Source of the DNA: a virus
Lineage: Duplodnaviria > Caudoviricetes
Length of the DNA stretch: 54,260 bases
Strand: one strand, 5' to 3'
Virus record (IMG/VR): IMGVR_UViG_3300047300_001096
Location: 1-54,260 of that record
The position numbers and the translations under genes are program-made. The notes beneath the pieces are model-generated. The model saw only the letters and a list, made by a program, of their open reading frames with translations. It did no database searches and was not told the DNA's origin. Shown in pieces: positions 10,024-17,966 of this stretch (positions are counted from its first letter, which is position 1; each line of letters starts with the position of its first letter).

Positions 10024-10475
10024 TACAAAGTCTCCAGTTTTTCTTGATATACTTGTGCATGGCGTTTTTCAACACTTGCAAGAGCAGCAAAGCGTTTTTC
10101 AGCTAATGCAAGCATTTTTTTAAATGCTTGTGCGTGTTCATTAGACTCACGCCCTTGCTCATTGAATTCTTTTACTGCTTCAATATTCTTTTCAGCTTTT
10201 GCTTGACGCTCAAACTGAGGGTACATAATATTGAACTCATATGTTTCGCCTTCAATAGCTAACTCTAAACATTTGCGTGTATCAGGTTTACCAATAAGTA
10301 GCTCTAAGTGTCCCCAAGCGTGTTTAATTTCTTGGTCAGCAGTATGCTCAAAGTGTTGTGCAATTTCTTCAAAACCTTCTGCCCGTGCTAATTTAGCAAA
10401 ATAACGATACTTGATATGTGCCATTGACTCACCAGCCAAGGCACTTTCTAAATTTTCTAATGTAATAGACGACAT
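10023..10475 (-). CDS. Rubrerythrin family (ferritin-like diiron) protein
   Basis: NLESALAGESMAHIKYRYFA, ExxH pairs, GETYE..MYPQF. Confidence 0.92.
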   Translation of the reverse strand: MSSITLENLESALAGESMAHIKYRYFAKLARAEGFEEIAQHFEHTADQEIKHAWGHLELLIGKPDTRKCLELAIEGETYEFNIMYPQFERQAKAEKNIEAVKEFNEQGRESNEHAQAFKKMLALAEKRFAALASVEKRHAQVYQEKLETL

Positions 10476-10476
10476 A

Positions 10477-11370
10477 TTATGCAGGAGTATATTCAATGCC
10501 TGTAGTTGCCAAACCTACTAAACCAATGGCTGTTTCAAAACTAGCTAACTCACTTGCGGCTACCAAAACATCTGCTTGAGAAAGGTTATTATTTGCCATC
10601 CAAGTAGAATATGTGGTTACTTGAGTCAATGTAGCATCTGTGCCAAACACATTTTTAAACACGTGTTTGATAAAAGTTTCATCACTAACACCGCCTGCAT
10701 CAGTTTTGTACACATCTGTATTCAGCAATGCTGTAGCTAATTGCTTGTTTGTCCAACCTGCGTCTGCAAGTTTAATACCAATGCCTTTATATGCGGCTGT
10801 TACATCGCTGACACCAAGTGCGGCAGCTAATAATGCGTACACGTCTCCTGCACGACCTGCAGCATCATATGCAATAGCTTTGTCAGTAAAAACAACACGC
10901 TCATGGTCGGCAAGTTTAATTTCTAAGTTTGGTACTAGTGTGCTTGCCAGTGTTACATCGTTTGTGTTTTTAGTAATAGTATATTCTGTACTTGCTCCAC
11001 CTACTGTGTAAGTATCAACGCCCGTTGTACCTGTAACATCAACTTGCACATCCACAGTACCATCGCCTACTCGACCAGTACCTACTGCACCAAAAGTAGC
11101 AATTTTACCACCAGTACCAACTGTGGCAACTGTTACGATCAAATTGTTAGCAGATGTTCCCCCAAGACCTGTGCCTGCAATAGTGATAGTATCACCTGCA
11201 ATATAGCCTGTACCTGCACTGGACGCAACACTATCTAAAACAACAGAATAAACTCCATCCGTCTTAGTAATATCAAATTTTGCACCTGTACCTGTACCAC
11301 TTGTAGTACCAGTTTTGTCTTGATAAGTTGTGTTGATTGCTTTATCAGCAATTTTAATTGTTGTTGTCAT
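10477..11370 (-). CDS. DUF4214/S-layer-anchor-like surface protein
   Basis: Thr/Gly-rich N-half; C-half ERVVFTDKAIAYD..G.AG..Y...SDETFIKHVFKNVFG...SQADVL...SE fits the DUF4214 pattern. Confidence 0.7.
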   Translation of the reverse strand: MTTTIKIADKAINTTYQDKTGTTSGTGTGAKFDITKTDGVYSVVLDSVASSAGTGYIAGDTITIAGTGLGGTSANNLIVTVATVGTGGKIATFGAVGTGRVGDGTVDVQVDVTGTTGVDTYTVGGASTEYTITKNTNDVTLASTLVPNLEIKLADHERVVFTDKAIAYDAAGRAGDVYALLAAALGVSDVTAAYKGIGIKLADAGWTNKQLATALLNTDVYKTDAGGVSDETFIKHVFKNVFGTDATLTQVTTYSTWMANNNLSQADVLVAASELASFETAIGLVGLATTGIEYTPA

Positions 11371-11392
11371 AATTCCCTTATGTGTGTTGTGT

Positions 11393-11468
<76 letters not shown>

Positions 11469-11478
11469 GACTCGTGAG

Positions 11479-11552
11479 TGGAGCGGGATATCAGGCTCGA
11501 ACTGATCTCTCTAGTTTGGAAGACTAGGGCACAACCCCTATACCAATCCCGC
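11479..11552 (-). tRNA. tRNA-Gly(TCC)
   Basis: GCGGGAT acceptor, CTAGT-CTTCCAA-ACTAG, TCCA end. Confidence 0.92.
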
Positions 11553-11643
11553 TTAAATTTCTATATCTACTAAACTTACTTTGACAAAACCATGTTCGTC
11601 AAAACTCCAGATTAGAACTTGCAGCATATTGCCGCTTTTATAA

Positions 11644-11904
11644 TCAAAAAGGGACATCTTCATCTTTCCAGGGAGCTATCTCATTTTGATAATATTCTTC
11701 AGCTTCTTTAAACCCTGCTCTTGCAAGTAAATCAGTCATAACAGGTGTTGTAAAATTTACAAATCCTTGTTTATTTAACCATATAAGGTATTCAAAATCA
11801 TCTGCAATAATGTCGCATATACGACAGCCAGCAAACTTACCAATAGTAAGTTTATCTAACATATCTAATTTTTGAGATTTTAAACTACCAAATGATTTAG
11901 CCAT
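11644..11904 (-). CDS. Exonuclease X C-terminal-like small domain protein
   Basis: LTIGKFAG..I.DI...D..YL.WL motif. Confidence 0.6.
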   Translation of the reverse strand: MAKSFGSLKSQKLDMLDKLTIGKFAGCRICDIIADDFEYLIWLNKQGFVNFTTPVMTDLLARAGFKEAEEYYQNEIAPWKDEDVPF

Positions 11905-12481
11905 TTTGTTTTTCCGACTCAAGTTCTTGCATTGCAGCCGCTTTAGCAAGTACTAAATCAATACGTGCAAGTACTTGTTGGCTAGTCATCCAAATGTCTT
12001 TGTTATCTAACATGGACTTGATTTCTTCAGGTGTTAAAAAATTGTGGTATACTTCATGCAAGAAGTTTTCTGACCAAGCACGTTCAAACTGAAGTTGGTC
12101 AAACATTTCACCGCCTTTGCCAAATACGCCTGCACTATAGTTGTGGAACATAAACAAGCTATGTGGTGTTACTTCAAACTCATCTCCGTGTAGGAATATC
12201 ATTGTTGCAGCACTCATACAAGCACCCTCTACACTAGTAATTACATGGGCATCTGTTTCTGATAGCACGCGCAAAAACTGCAAAGCCGTATATAAATCGC
12301 CTCCGCAACTATTAATGTAAATTTTAATTGTGTCTGTACTACGAGCATTACGAATGGTGTCAAACCATTCTGTATATTCACTAGCTTCTTCTATTTCGCC
12401 TGACAGATAAAATTCGTGTACGCTTCCCGTATTCTTTGTAAAATACGTTTTACTCAATGTAATTTCTGTTTTGTCTGTCAT
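11897..12481 (-). CDS. ClpP-like protease (S14)
   Basis: YINSCGG, GACMSAATMI (Ser), FMFHN (His), DIWMT. Confidence 0.9.
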   Translation of the reverse strand: MTDKTEITLSKTYFTKNTGSVHEFYLSGEIEEASEYTEWFDTIRNARSTDTIKIYINSCGGDLYTALQFLRVLSETDAHVITSVEGACMSAATMIFLHGDEFEVTPHSLFMFHNYSAGVFGKGGEMFDQLQFERAWSENFLHEVYHNFLTPEEIKSMLDNKDIWMTSQQVLARIDLVLAKAAAMQELESEKQNG

Positions 12482-12491
12482 GTGTGTTCTT

Positions 12492-12632
12492 TTATTTAAG
12501 TTGTTGTAAATGTTGTCGACAAGCGTTTACCCAAGCAACAACAGTCATGTTGTCTGTAACATGACTGTAATTTTGGATAACCCACTCACAAATATCGCGG
12601 CTTTTGGCATGATAGCCAGGTATTACGTCCAT
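12492..12632 (-). CDS. Hypothetical small protein
   Basis: ATG 12632 with an AAGGA RBS just after tRNA-Cys. Confidence 0.55.
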   Translation of the reverse strand: MDVIPGYHAKSRDICEWVIQNYSHVTDNMTVVAWVNACRQHLQQLK

Positions 12633-12642
12633 ATAATTCCTT

Positions 12643-12720
12643 TGGAAGTGTGGGTGAGATTTGAACTCACGATTTTCAGGATTTGCAATCCCGTGCATTG
12701 GACCGCTCTGCCACCACACC
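12643..12720 (-). tRNA. tRNA-Cys(GCA)
   Basis: GGGA-TTGCAAA-TCCT anticodon arm, T-arm, TCCA end. Confidence 0.88.
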
Positions 12721-12825
12721 ATATTTTAGCACACTAGCATATGAGTTTGCAACCTCATACTAACCCGCGGAAGGTGTACGCGATTACTCCGCATATATGT
12801 ATTAAGTGGCAGTGTACTAAAATAT
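12721..12825 (-). ncRNA. Candidate stable RNA 1 (stem-closed inter-tRNA spacer)
   Basis: 15-bp terminal inverted repeat with a G-U pair only on the minus strand; two internal hairpins. Confidence 0.55.
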
Positions 12826-12899
12826 GGCGGTCTTATGGGGTAACGATCCCCATCTACAGCAGTGACAGTGCTGTGTGCGTCCATGAACACTTTAAGACC
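12825..12899 (-). tRNA. tRNA-Asp(GTC)
   Basis: CAGCA-CTGTCAC-TGCTG anticodon arm, GCCA end; atypical T-loop ATCGTTA. Confidence 0.85.
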
Positions 12900-12997
12900 A
12901 TTTTTAGTAGCGCCTGGTCGCCATATCCAGGTAGCTTCAGTGTCAGGGAGGAGAATAACACTTACACGCTATAGCCAATGAATTCGCTACTAAAAAT
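12900..12997 (-). ncRNA. Candidate stable RNA 2 (stem-closed inter-tRNA spacer)
   Basis: Perfect 13-bp terminal inverted repeat ATTTTTAGTAGCG/CGCTACTAAAAAT; two internal hairpins. Confidence 0.55.
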
Positions 12998-13072
12998 GGC
13001 ATCCCGTACCAGATTCGAACTGGTGTAGTCACCGTGAAAGGGTGGTGTCCTAGGCCTCTAGACGAACGGGAT
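12997..13072 (-). tRNA. tRNA-Glu(TTC)
   Basis: Cloverleaf, CT-TTC-AC loop, GTTCGAATC, GCCA end. Confidence 0.92.
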
Positions 13073-13079
13073 ATTGTTT

Positions 13080-13163
13080 TGGTACGAGTAATCGGAGTCG
13101 AACCGATACGCATTTCGCGGGAGATTTTAAGTCTCCTGGGTCTACCAATTCCCCCATACTCGC
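13080..13163 (-). tRNA. tRNA-Leu(TAA)
   Basis: GGAGA-CTTAAAA-TCTCC, long variable arm, ACCA end. Confidence 0.92.
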
Positions 13164-13168
13164 AGTAT

Positions 13169-13372
13169 TTATACTATTCTAACTACAAGTGTAATTAAGT
13201 CAAGCCATACAGAGCTATAATTCTTTTTAAGATAATTAGTATCACGAATAGAGAGGTATGGTCCGCCCACAATCTTGAAATCTTTTCCATTTAGCCAATC
13301 AGCTTTAGCTTCATCGCTAGTTTTATATTGTCTGCCGTAAGCAGGCATAATCATCAATGGCTTTGAATTCAT
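13169..13372 (-). CDS. Hypothetical protein
   Basis: ORF with upstream promoter and RBS. Confidence 0.7.
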   Translation of the reverse strand: MNSKPLMIMPAYGRQYKTSDEAKADWLNGKDFKIVGGPYLSIRDTNYLKKNYSSVWLDLITLVVRIV

Positions 13373-13398
13373 AGATTATCCTTATCGTTAAAGAATAA

Positions 13399-13581
13399 TT
13401 ATAACAAACTTTTACCACTTGAATCAAGTTCAAGATTTTGCGCTTCTTGCGTTTCGGAATTATTACGAGTAGGCTTGTCGGTTTCTGAATCTTTACCAAA
13501 GATTGCATCCCAACGATTTGCGTACTCTTGATTACTTACACTAAAAGGTCTAGGCGTAGAGCCTTTTCCACCATCTGACAT
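13399..13581 (-). CDS. Small conserved phage protein (GKGSxPRP...WDxIF)
   Basis: Motif common in small phage proteins; GGAG RBS. Confidence 0.7.
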   Translation of the reverse strand: MSDGGKGSTPRPFSVSNQEYANRWDAIFGKDSETDKPTRNNSETQEAQNLELDSSGKSLL

Positions 13582-13601
13582 TTTGTTTCTCCATGAAAAA
13601 A

Positions 13602-13745
13602 TAAGGTTTAGGATTACCTACAACACACTCCATCCTGCAGGCCTAGGTGGAGACTGAACTCTGAAACTGTTGCACGTGCACGCACTAGGTTTCTTCACCC
13701 GCTTTGACTTAGGGTCGGAATCTGTATAGGTAAACCTAAACCTTA
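13602..13745 (-). ncRNA. Candidate stable RNA 3
   Basis: 19-bp terminal inverted repeat (18/19) closing an ORF-free, GC-richer interior. Confidence 0.55.
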
Positions 13746-13787
13746 GTTTAGGACAGGCTTCTCACCTGTTTGGGACGAAATCCTGTT

Positions 13788-13858
13788 TGGTTGCGGCGGA
13801 AGGATTCGAACCTTCTAAGCGGAGCTTATGAGACTTGCTTTTACCCTGACTCACCGCG
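13788..13858 (-). tRNA. Atypical initiator-type tRNA-Met(CAT) with no clear D-arm
   Basis: C1xA72 acceptor, CT-CAT-AA loop, GGTTCGAATCC, ACCA; only 71 nt. Confidence 0.7.
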
Positions 13859-13863
13859 ATATT

Positions 13864-14010
13864 TTAATAGCAGTTATTAAATAATTTACGTTGGCGATAA
13901 TCTTGCCAAACTTTTTCTAATCGCTGAATATCTTTATAATCTTTTGGGTCTGCGTCTTCAATAAAATCTTCTAGCGTATAAGGCTTGAATATGTCTCTGA
14001 AACGCTGCAT
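13864..14010 (-). CDS. Hypothetical small protein (48 aa)
   Basis: Hand-translated MQRFRDIFKPYTLEDFIEDADPKD...; fills the gap in the operon. Confidence 0.55.
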   Translation of the reverse strand: MQRFRDIFKPYTLEDFIEDADPKDYKDIQRLEKVWQDYRQRKLFNNCY

Positions 14011-14014
14011 TAAA

Positions 14015-14242
14015 TTACTTAGCATCTTTGACAAACCCATATAACTTGTTGGCTTCTTTTAGTACATCTTCAAACGTGTACATTTTAGGAGCATAAGTTT
14101 GCCAATCTTCAGCAACTTTTTTACCTTCTTTTACAAGTTGTTCAAAAGTCTGTTGAGCAAACTCCAAGTTGATTTCTTGTTGTTTTGTCAAGTAGTCTTG
14201 TGCCATTTTAAGCATTTCAGCACGGATTTCAAACGGATTCAT
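14015..14242 (-). CDS. Hypothetical helical phage protein
   Basis: MNPFEIRAEMLKMA...; AGGAG RBS. Confidence 0.75.
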   Translation of the reverse strand: MNPFEIRAEMLKMAQDYLTKQQEINLEFAQQTFEQLVKEGKKVAEDWQTYAPKMYTFEDVLKEANKLYGFVKDAK

Positions 14243-14465
14243 GTTTGATCTCCTTTTTTGCTTTCTTTGTGTGTGTTGTGGCATCTAATTGATCAAAGTA
14301 ATGTTTTGTAAGATCAATATAGTTTTCTGCTACCATTTTAGCCCAAGCTGTTTGAGCATCAATAAATGAATTAGCAGCTTTATTCAAAGCGGGTTCTGTA
14401 ATAACTTTATTAGTTAAACTGCGCTTCAAACTTTGAAATGATTCAATAAAATATGAGGGATTCAT
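14229..14465 (-). CDS. Hypothetical protein (phasin-like helical pattern)
   Basis: FIESFQ...FIDAQTAWAKM amphipathic pattern. Confidence 0.6.
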   Translation of the reverse strand: MNPSYFIESFQSLKRSLTNKVITEPALNKAANSFIDAQTAWAKMVAENYIDLTKHYFDQLDATTHTKKAKKEIKHESV

Positions 14466-14563
14466 AATATTTCCTGTGAGTGTGTGTGAAAAAAATCCAG
14501 TATAGTTATAGCCATAAACTGGGTTGGGCAAGAAAGTTGTCTTGGATTTCTTATGCCTGAATT

Positions 14564-14899
14564 TTATAGTGCGGCGATTTTAGTTAGTGTACTGATTTTA
14601 TGTCCAACAATTGTATCTGTTGGTTTATACTTGCCGTCTGCATCAGGACGATACACCCGAATAAGTGCACCTGGATCTTCAGGCGTACCAGTAATTTTAA
14701 AACTACTGCCAGGCACTTGTTCACTGCCACTAGTAATAATTTTAGTTACTTTGCCACGAGCTGTACCGCCACTACTACTCCAACTAACACTGTCACCAGT
14801 TTTAATTGATTTGGCTTTTTCTGCTACTTGTTCTAGGTTTTCAACATATGCATCGAGTAACTTAATTACTCGTTCGCTAAATGTTCCTACTCTGGTCAT
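14564..14899 (-). CDS. DUF2945/Hva1 Tudor-like domain protein
   Basis: GDSVSWSSSGGTARGKV...PEDP...VGHK.STL. Confidence 0.7.
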   Translation of the reverse strand: MTRVGTFSERVIKLLDAYVENLEQVAEKAKSIKTGDSVSWSSSGGTARGKVTKIITSGSEQVPGSSFKITGTPEDPGALIRVYRPDADGKYKPTDTIVGHKISTLTKIAAL

Positions 14900-14900
14900 T

Positions 14901-15074
14901 TTAAAGACAAGCTCCGCCCTCGTCACCTTCGCAAGCAACGTTGGCAGCATCAGGAGCTACTTCTTGTGCGTTGAACATAGGTAGTGTAGCTGAATCTTTG
15001 GGATTAGGCATTTGTGCATTGGGAGTATCCATCATGTATGTTGGAATACCTTCGGATGTAAAAGTTGTAGCCAT
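14901..15074 (-). CDS. Hypothetical 57-aa acidic Pro/Met-rich peptide
   Basis: Hand-translated MATTFTSEGIPTYMMD...ACEGDEGGACL; AAGGA RBS. Confidence 0.6.
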   Translation of the reverse strand: MATTFTSEGIPTYMMDTPNAQMPNPKDSATLPMFNAQEVAPDAANVACEGDEGGACL

Positions 15075-15083
15075 AATAGTTCC

Positions 15084-15299
15084 TTACTCTGATTTACCTA
15101 AGCGACCCATGTCGCCTTCGTGAGTTGTTCCCTGATCGCGATCAGGCACGTTGATTGGCATCAATTCAATTGAGCCAGGCATCATATCGCCCAAATCCCG
15201 CCCCGTTTTAGGGTCAAGTTGTTCGGCATAACCTTCGTCAAACTCATGACCAATAGCAGTCAATGGTGGTTCTGTCATTGATGGTGGATTAATTTTCAT
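15084..15299 (-). CDS. Hypothetical disordered peptide
   Basis: AAGGA RBS; packed operon. Confidence 0.65.
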   Translation of the reverse strand: MKINPPSMTEPPLTAIGHEFDEGYAEQLDPKTGRDLGDMMPGSIELMPINVPDRDQGTTHEGDMGRLGKSE

Positions 15300-15307
15300 A
15301 GTATTCC

Positions 15308-15616
15308 TTAATATTTAGGATACATACCCTTCATACATGAAGCACATTGACAAGCTGCATCATGATGGGGATTTGTAGGTTGCATATCTTTTGCTTCTGG
15401 AATTGGTCCGTGTGGACCAGGAGTAGCAATGTTGATTCCATTAGGACCAACTGGTTTCTTTTTTGGTTTTTTACTATCCACGGCAGTTTCCTTTGCGGTT
15501 GGATTGTCAATGTGAATAGCTGCAGCTGCAGCTTTGCAAGCTTCTAAGGTATCAAACTGGCAATTACCATGCACACCATATTTCCACTTGCCATTTGCAC
15601 ATTTCATACAAGGCAT
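15308..15616 (-). CDS. Hypothetical Cys/His-rich protein
   Basis: CxxC at the N-terminus, HH..CxCxxC at the C-terminus. Confidence 0.7.
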   Translation of the reverse strand: MPCMKCANGKWKYGVHGNCQFDTLEACKAAAAAIHIDNPTAKETAVDSKKPKKKPVGPNGINIATPGPHGPIPEAKDMQPTNPHHDAACQCASCMKGMYPKY

Positions 15617-15617
15617 A

Positions 15618-15746
15618 TCAATCCTCTAGTTTGCGGTTTAATACACCACGAAGTTGCTTGTGAGTCTTTTTATGCGCCCCACATTTGCGCTTAATCATAT
15701 GCACAACCATGAGGTTACGCATTTTTGGTAACTTTTTCTTTTTCAT
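15618..15746 (-). CDS. Small basic protein (42 aa)
   Basis: Hand-translated MKKKKLPKMRNLMVVHMIKRKCGAHKKTHKQLRGVLNRKLED. Confidence 0.6.
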   Translation of the reverse strand: MKKKKLPKMRNLMVVHMIKRKCGAHKKTHKQLRGVLNRKLED

Positions 15747-15751
15747 AATAG

Positions 15752-15943
15752 TCCATTGTTGTGCTTACTGTTTACTGTGATCCCCGCTAAGAGATCGATC
15801 CTGTCTTACAAAGATTAATTACTTCCCGCTATACACAGAACGCAAACTATAGACTAAACTTAATAACTCGAGGTGCTTAGCCACTTTGGTTTACAAGGCT
15901 CCGACCGTGAAGGCTGGAGGCGAGCAATAAGCACAGCAATGGA
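15752..15943 (-). ncRNA. Candidate stable RNA 4 (~190 nt)
   Basis: 19-bp terminal inverted repeat (17/19) spanning the whole intergenic gap. Confidence 0.5.
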
Positions 15944-16544
15944 TTATGATATAAACACTGCTTGTGTTTTAGTGTAATTTCTGAGTTCTTCTCGTTGTAG
16001 ATCATGTATTACAAGTTCGTGTTTGCCGTACCACCAGTCCAAATTAACGTCTAGTGCTACTTCATAGCATTGAAGCCTGCTAACAAACTCTACTCCGCCT
16101 TCATAGCCTGAGCGAACAACTTGCATTTCGGGATCGTGCTTTTGTAATTCTTTGATTAAGTCTTTGATTTTCATGCGTATTTGTCTAGGACAGTGCCTAC
16201 TTCTTTGATAGGAATAGGCTTTCCAACTTTGTTGTAAATAAATTGGATGTACTCGACCGAGTAATGTTTAGTTACTGGGTCGAGTACATTTTTAACTATG
16301 ATCTTTTTATCTAATGCGTAGTATTTGTCAATCTGAGTACTGATTGCTGTAACTATCATTGAGTTACCTTATATTGGCGAATAGCGTCTGCGTCTAATGA
16401 ACAGTAAACTCGGAACTTGTCGCGACCTACTGTGTCGTATAGCTCATTAGCCATCAATTCCAACTTTTCAAGCGTTTCAATCGACAGCGACATATATCTG
16501 CTCAAAAATGCATCTACTAAAAACTGTTTTGAATAACTTGCCAT
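15944..16544 (-). CDS. Three coupled small hypothetical ORFs (15944-16174, 16171-16359, 16356-16544)
   Basis: ATGA-type overlaps; upstream promoter near 16565-16594. Confidence 0.7.
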
Positions 16545-16615
16545 AATTTCTCCAATTAAGCCTATATTATACACGAAATAGTTTTGTAAATCAAGTTTAA
16601 TATTTTATTGCTTGA

Positions 16616-16927
16616 TTAATAATCGCCAAACAAGTACTTTGGTGGAATAGGAATAGCTTCAGGCATATCATCAATCCAAATATGGATGTTGATGTTCTTA
16701 TTTAAGCAAAATTGTCGTTTTTGTTTTCCATCAGTAAAAACGCAATGCTCTTGTCCAATAAGTTGCCCAATAGTATCTAATACTTCTGTTACTTCATCTG
16801 GAAAAGACTCGCCACGTGCTGTTACACAGTAAACTGTGTGACCACGTGCTTTTGCTAAATATATTAGATCATTCCACATTAGGGGATCACGGGTATATGT
16901 ATCGTCAAAATCAATGCTTATGTTCAT
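16616..16927 (-). CDS. HAD-like phage protein
   Basis: ISIDFDDTYT, VTAR, K and WIDD motifs. Confidence 0.8.
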   Translation of the reverse strand: MNISIDFDDTYTRDPLMWNDLIYLAKARGHTVYCVTARGESFPDEVTEVLDTIGQLIGQEHCVFTDGKQKRQFCLNKNINIHIWIDDMPEAIPIPPKYLFGDY

Positions 16928-17966
16928 ATAATGGTTTTATAGGGATTATTCGATCTTTTACAATAGATATTGCGTCACCTAACTTATAAGTATCCGTAAT
17001 CCCATCTAATTGTTCTTTTTTAATACTGACTACTTGACAGCATAGAACTGTATTACAAGGATAACCAATCTCCTCATATTTATGCGCTTTTAAACGTTGT
17101 ATAAAAAGTTTTCTAGTGTCTGAATCGTGTATTTCCAATAAAGTATTATTATTTACATTACCTAATACTACGTCATTATTATCATCATTACAGCAAGGAT
17201 ATAAATCACCGTTAGGTGCTATAAAAACTTCATTTTCTACTCTTGATAGGAGAGGGCAGTCTAGTGTTGATTGATCAATATTTATTGTTGCTCTGCCAGA
17301 AGTAATTAATTTTCTTTCGGCCCATAAACCAGGCTTACTTCTTTTAATATAAATATCTCCTGGAACAAATTTTCTTAAACTTGTTAGCGTATGTTCGTAT
17401 GTACTAAAAGGTATTGGGTCTTTATACTGATCAGGTTCAGTTCTTAAAAAAGCATTAACAGTTACAGCGTATTCAAATGCGGGCATAACATTAATAGATA
17501 TATTAAATTTAGGGTCAAATTCTGCCCGTAAATTTAAAAATCTTTTTAGGTTTTTAATAACACCTAAATAACTTATGCCTTTTACTGCTTTATAAGTTTT
17601 TGAATCATGTCCATCAATATTAACTTGAATACTACTTAATAATTTTTCTTTTAATAAAACTTTAGATATTTTAGGAGACATTAAACCAAAATTACTTAAT
17701 AAGTTAATTGCAGTATTAGGTAACTTTAATTTAATATACCTTACAATTTCTAAAAAGTCTTTATTATATAATGCTTCGCCATTTTCACTAAGATGCAACA
17801 TTTTTATTTGATAAGGAAAATCTTTGTTTGATACTTCGTCAATTATCTTTTTTACTGTATCAAAAGGCATATCAAAATTATGCTTAGTACCTCTAGAGGT
17901 GGGGCACCATATACAAGTAGCATTACATCTATTTGAAAGGGCAAGATTAATACAAGTTATTGGCAT
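16911..17966 (-). CDS. Radical SAM/SPASM(twitch) domain protein
   Basis: CNATCIWC motif, GEAL, C-terminal CP...GDLYPCCND..LGN...C..C. Confidence 0.92.
   Translation of the reverse strand: MPITCINLALSNRCNATCIWCPTSRGTKHNFDMPFDTVKKIIDEVSNKDFPYQIKMLHLSENGEALYNKDFLEIVRYIKLKLPNTAINLLSNFGLMSPKISKVLLKEKLLSSIQVNIDGHDSKTYKAVKGISYLGVIKNLKRFLNLRAEFDPKFNISINVMPAFEYAVTVNAFLRTEPDQYKDPIPFSTYEHTLTSLRKFVPGDIYIKRSKPGLWAERKLITSGRATINIDQSTLDCPLLSRVENEVFIAPNGDLYPCCNDDNNDVVLGNVNNNTLLEIHDSDTRKLFIQRLKAHKYEEIGYPCNTVLCCQVVSIKKEQLDGITDTYKLGDAISIVKDRIIPIKPLYEHKH

Noticed and set aside
12492-12974. ORF-track calls 12492-12722 (long form), 12510-12737 and 12741-12974
   Set aside because: They overlap tRNA genes and structured spacers
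13770-13784. GGGACGAAATCC as a second hammerhead
   Set aside because: No CUGANGA partner is nearby
15752-15943. 6S RNA identity based on size
   Set aside because: I could not see the rod-with-central-bubble pairing beyond the terminal stem
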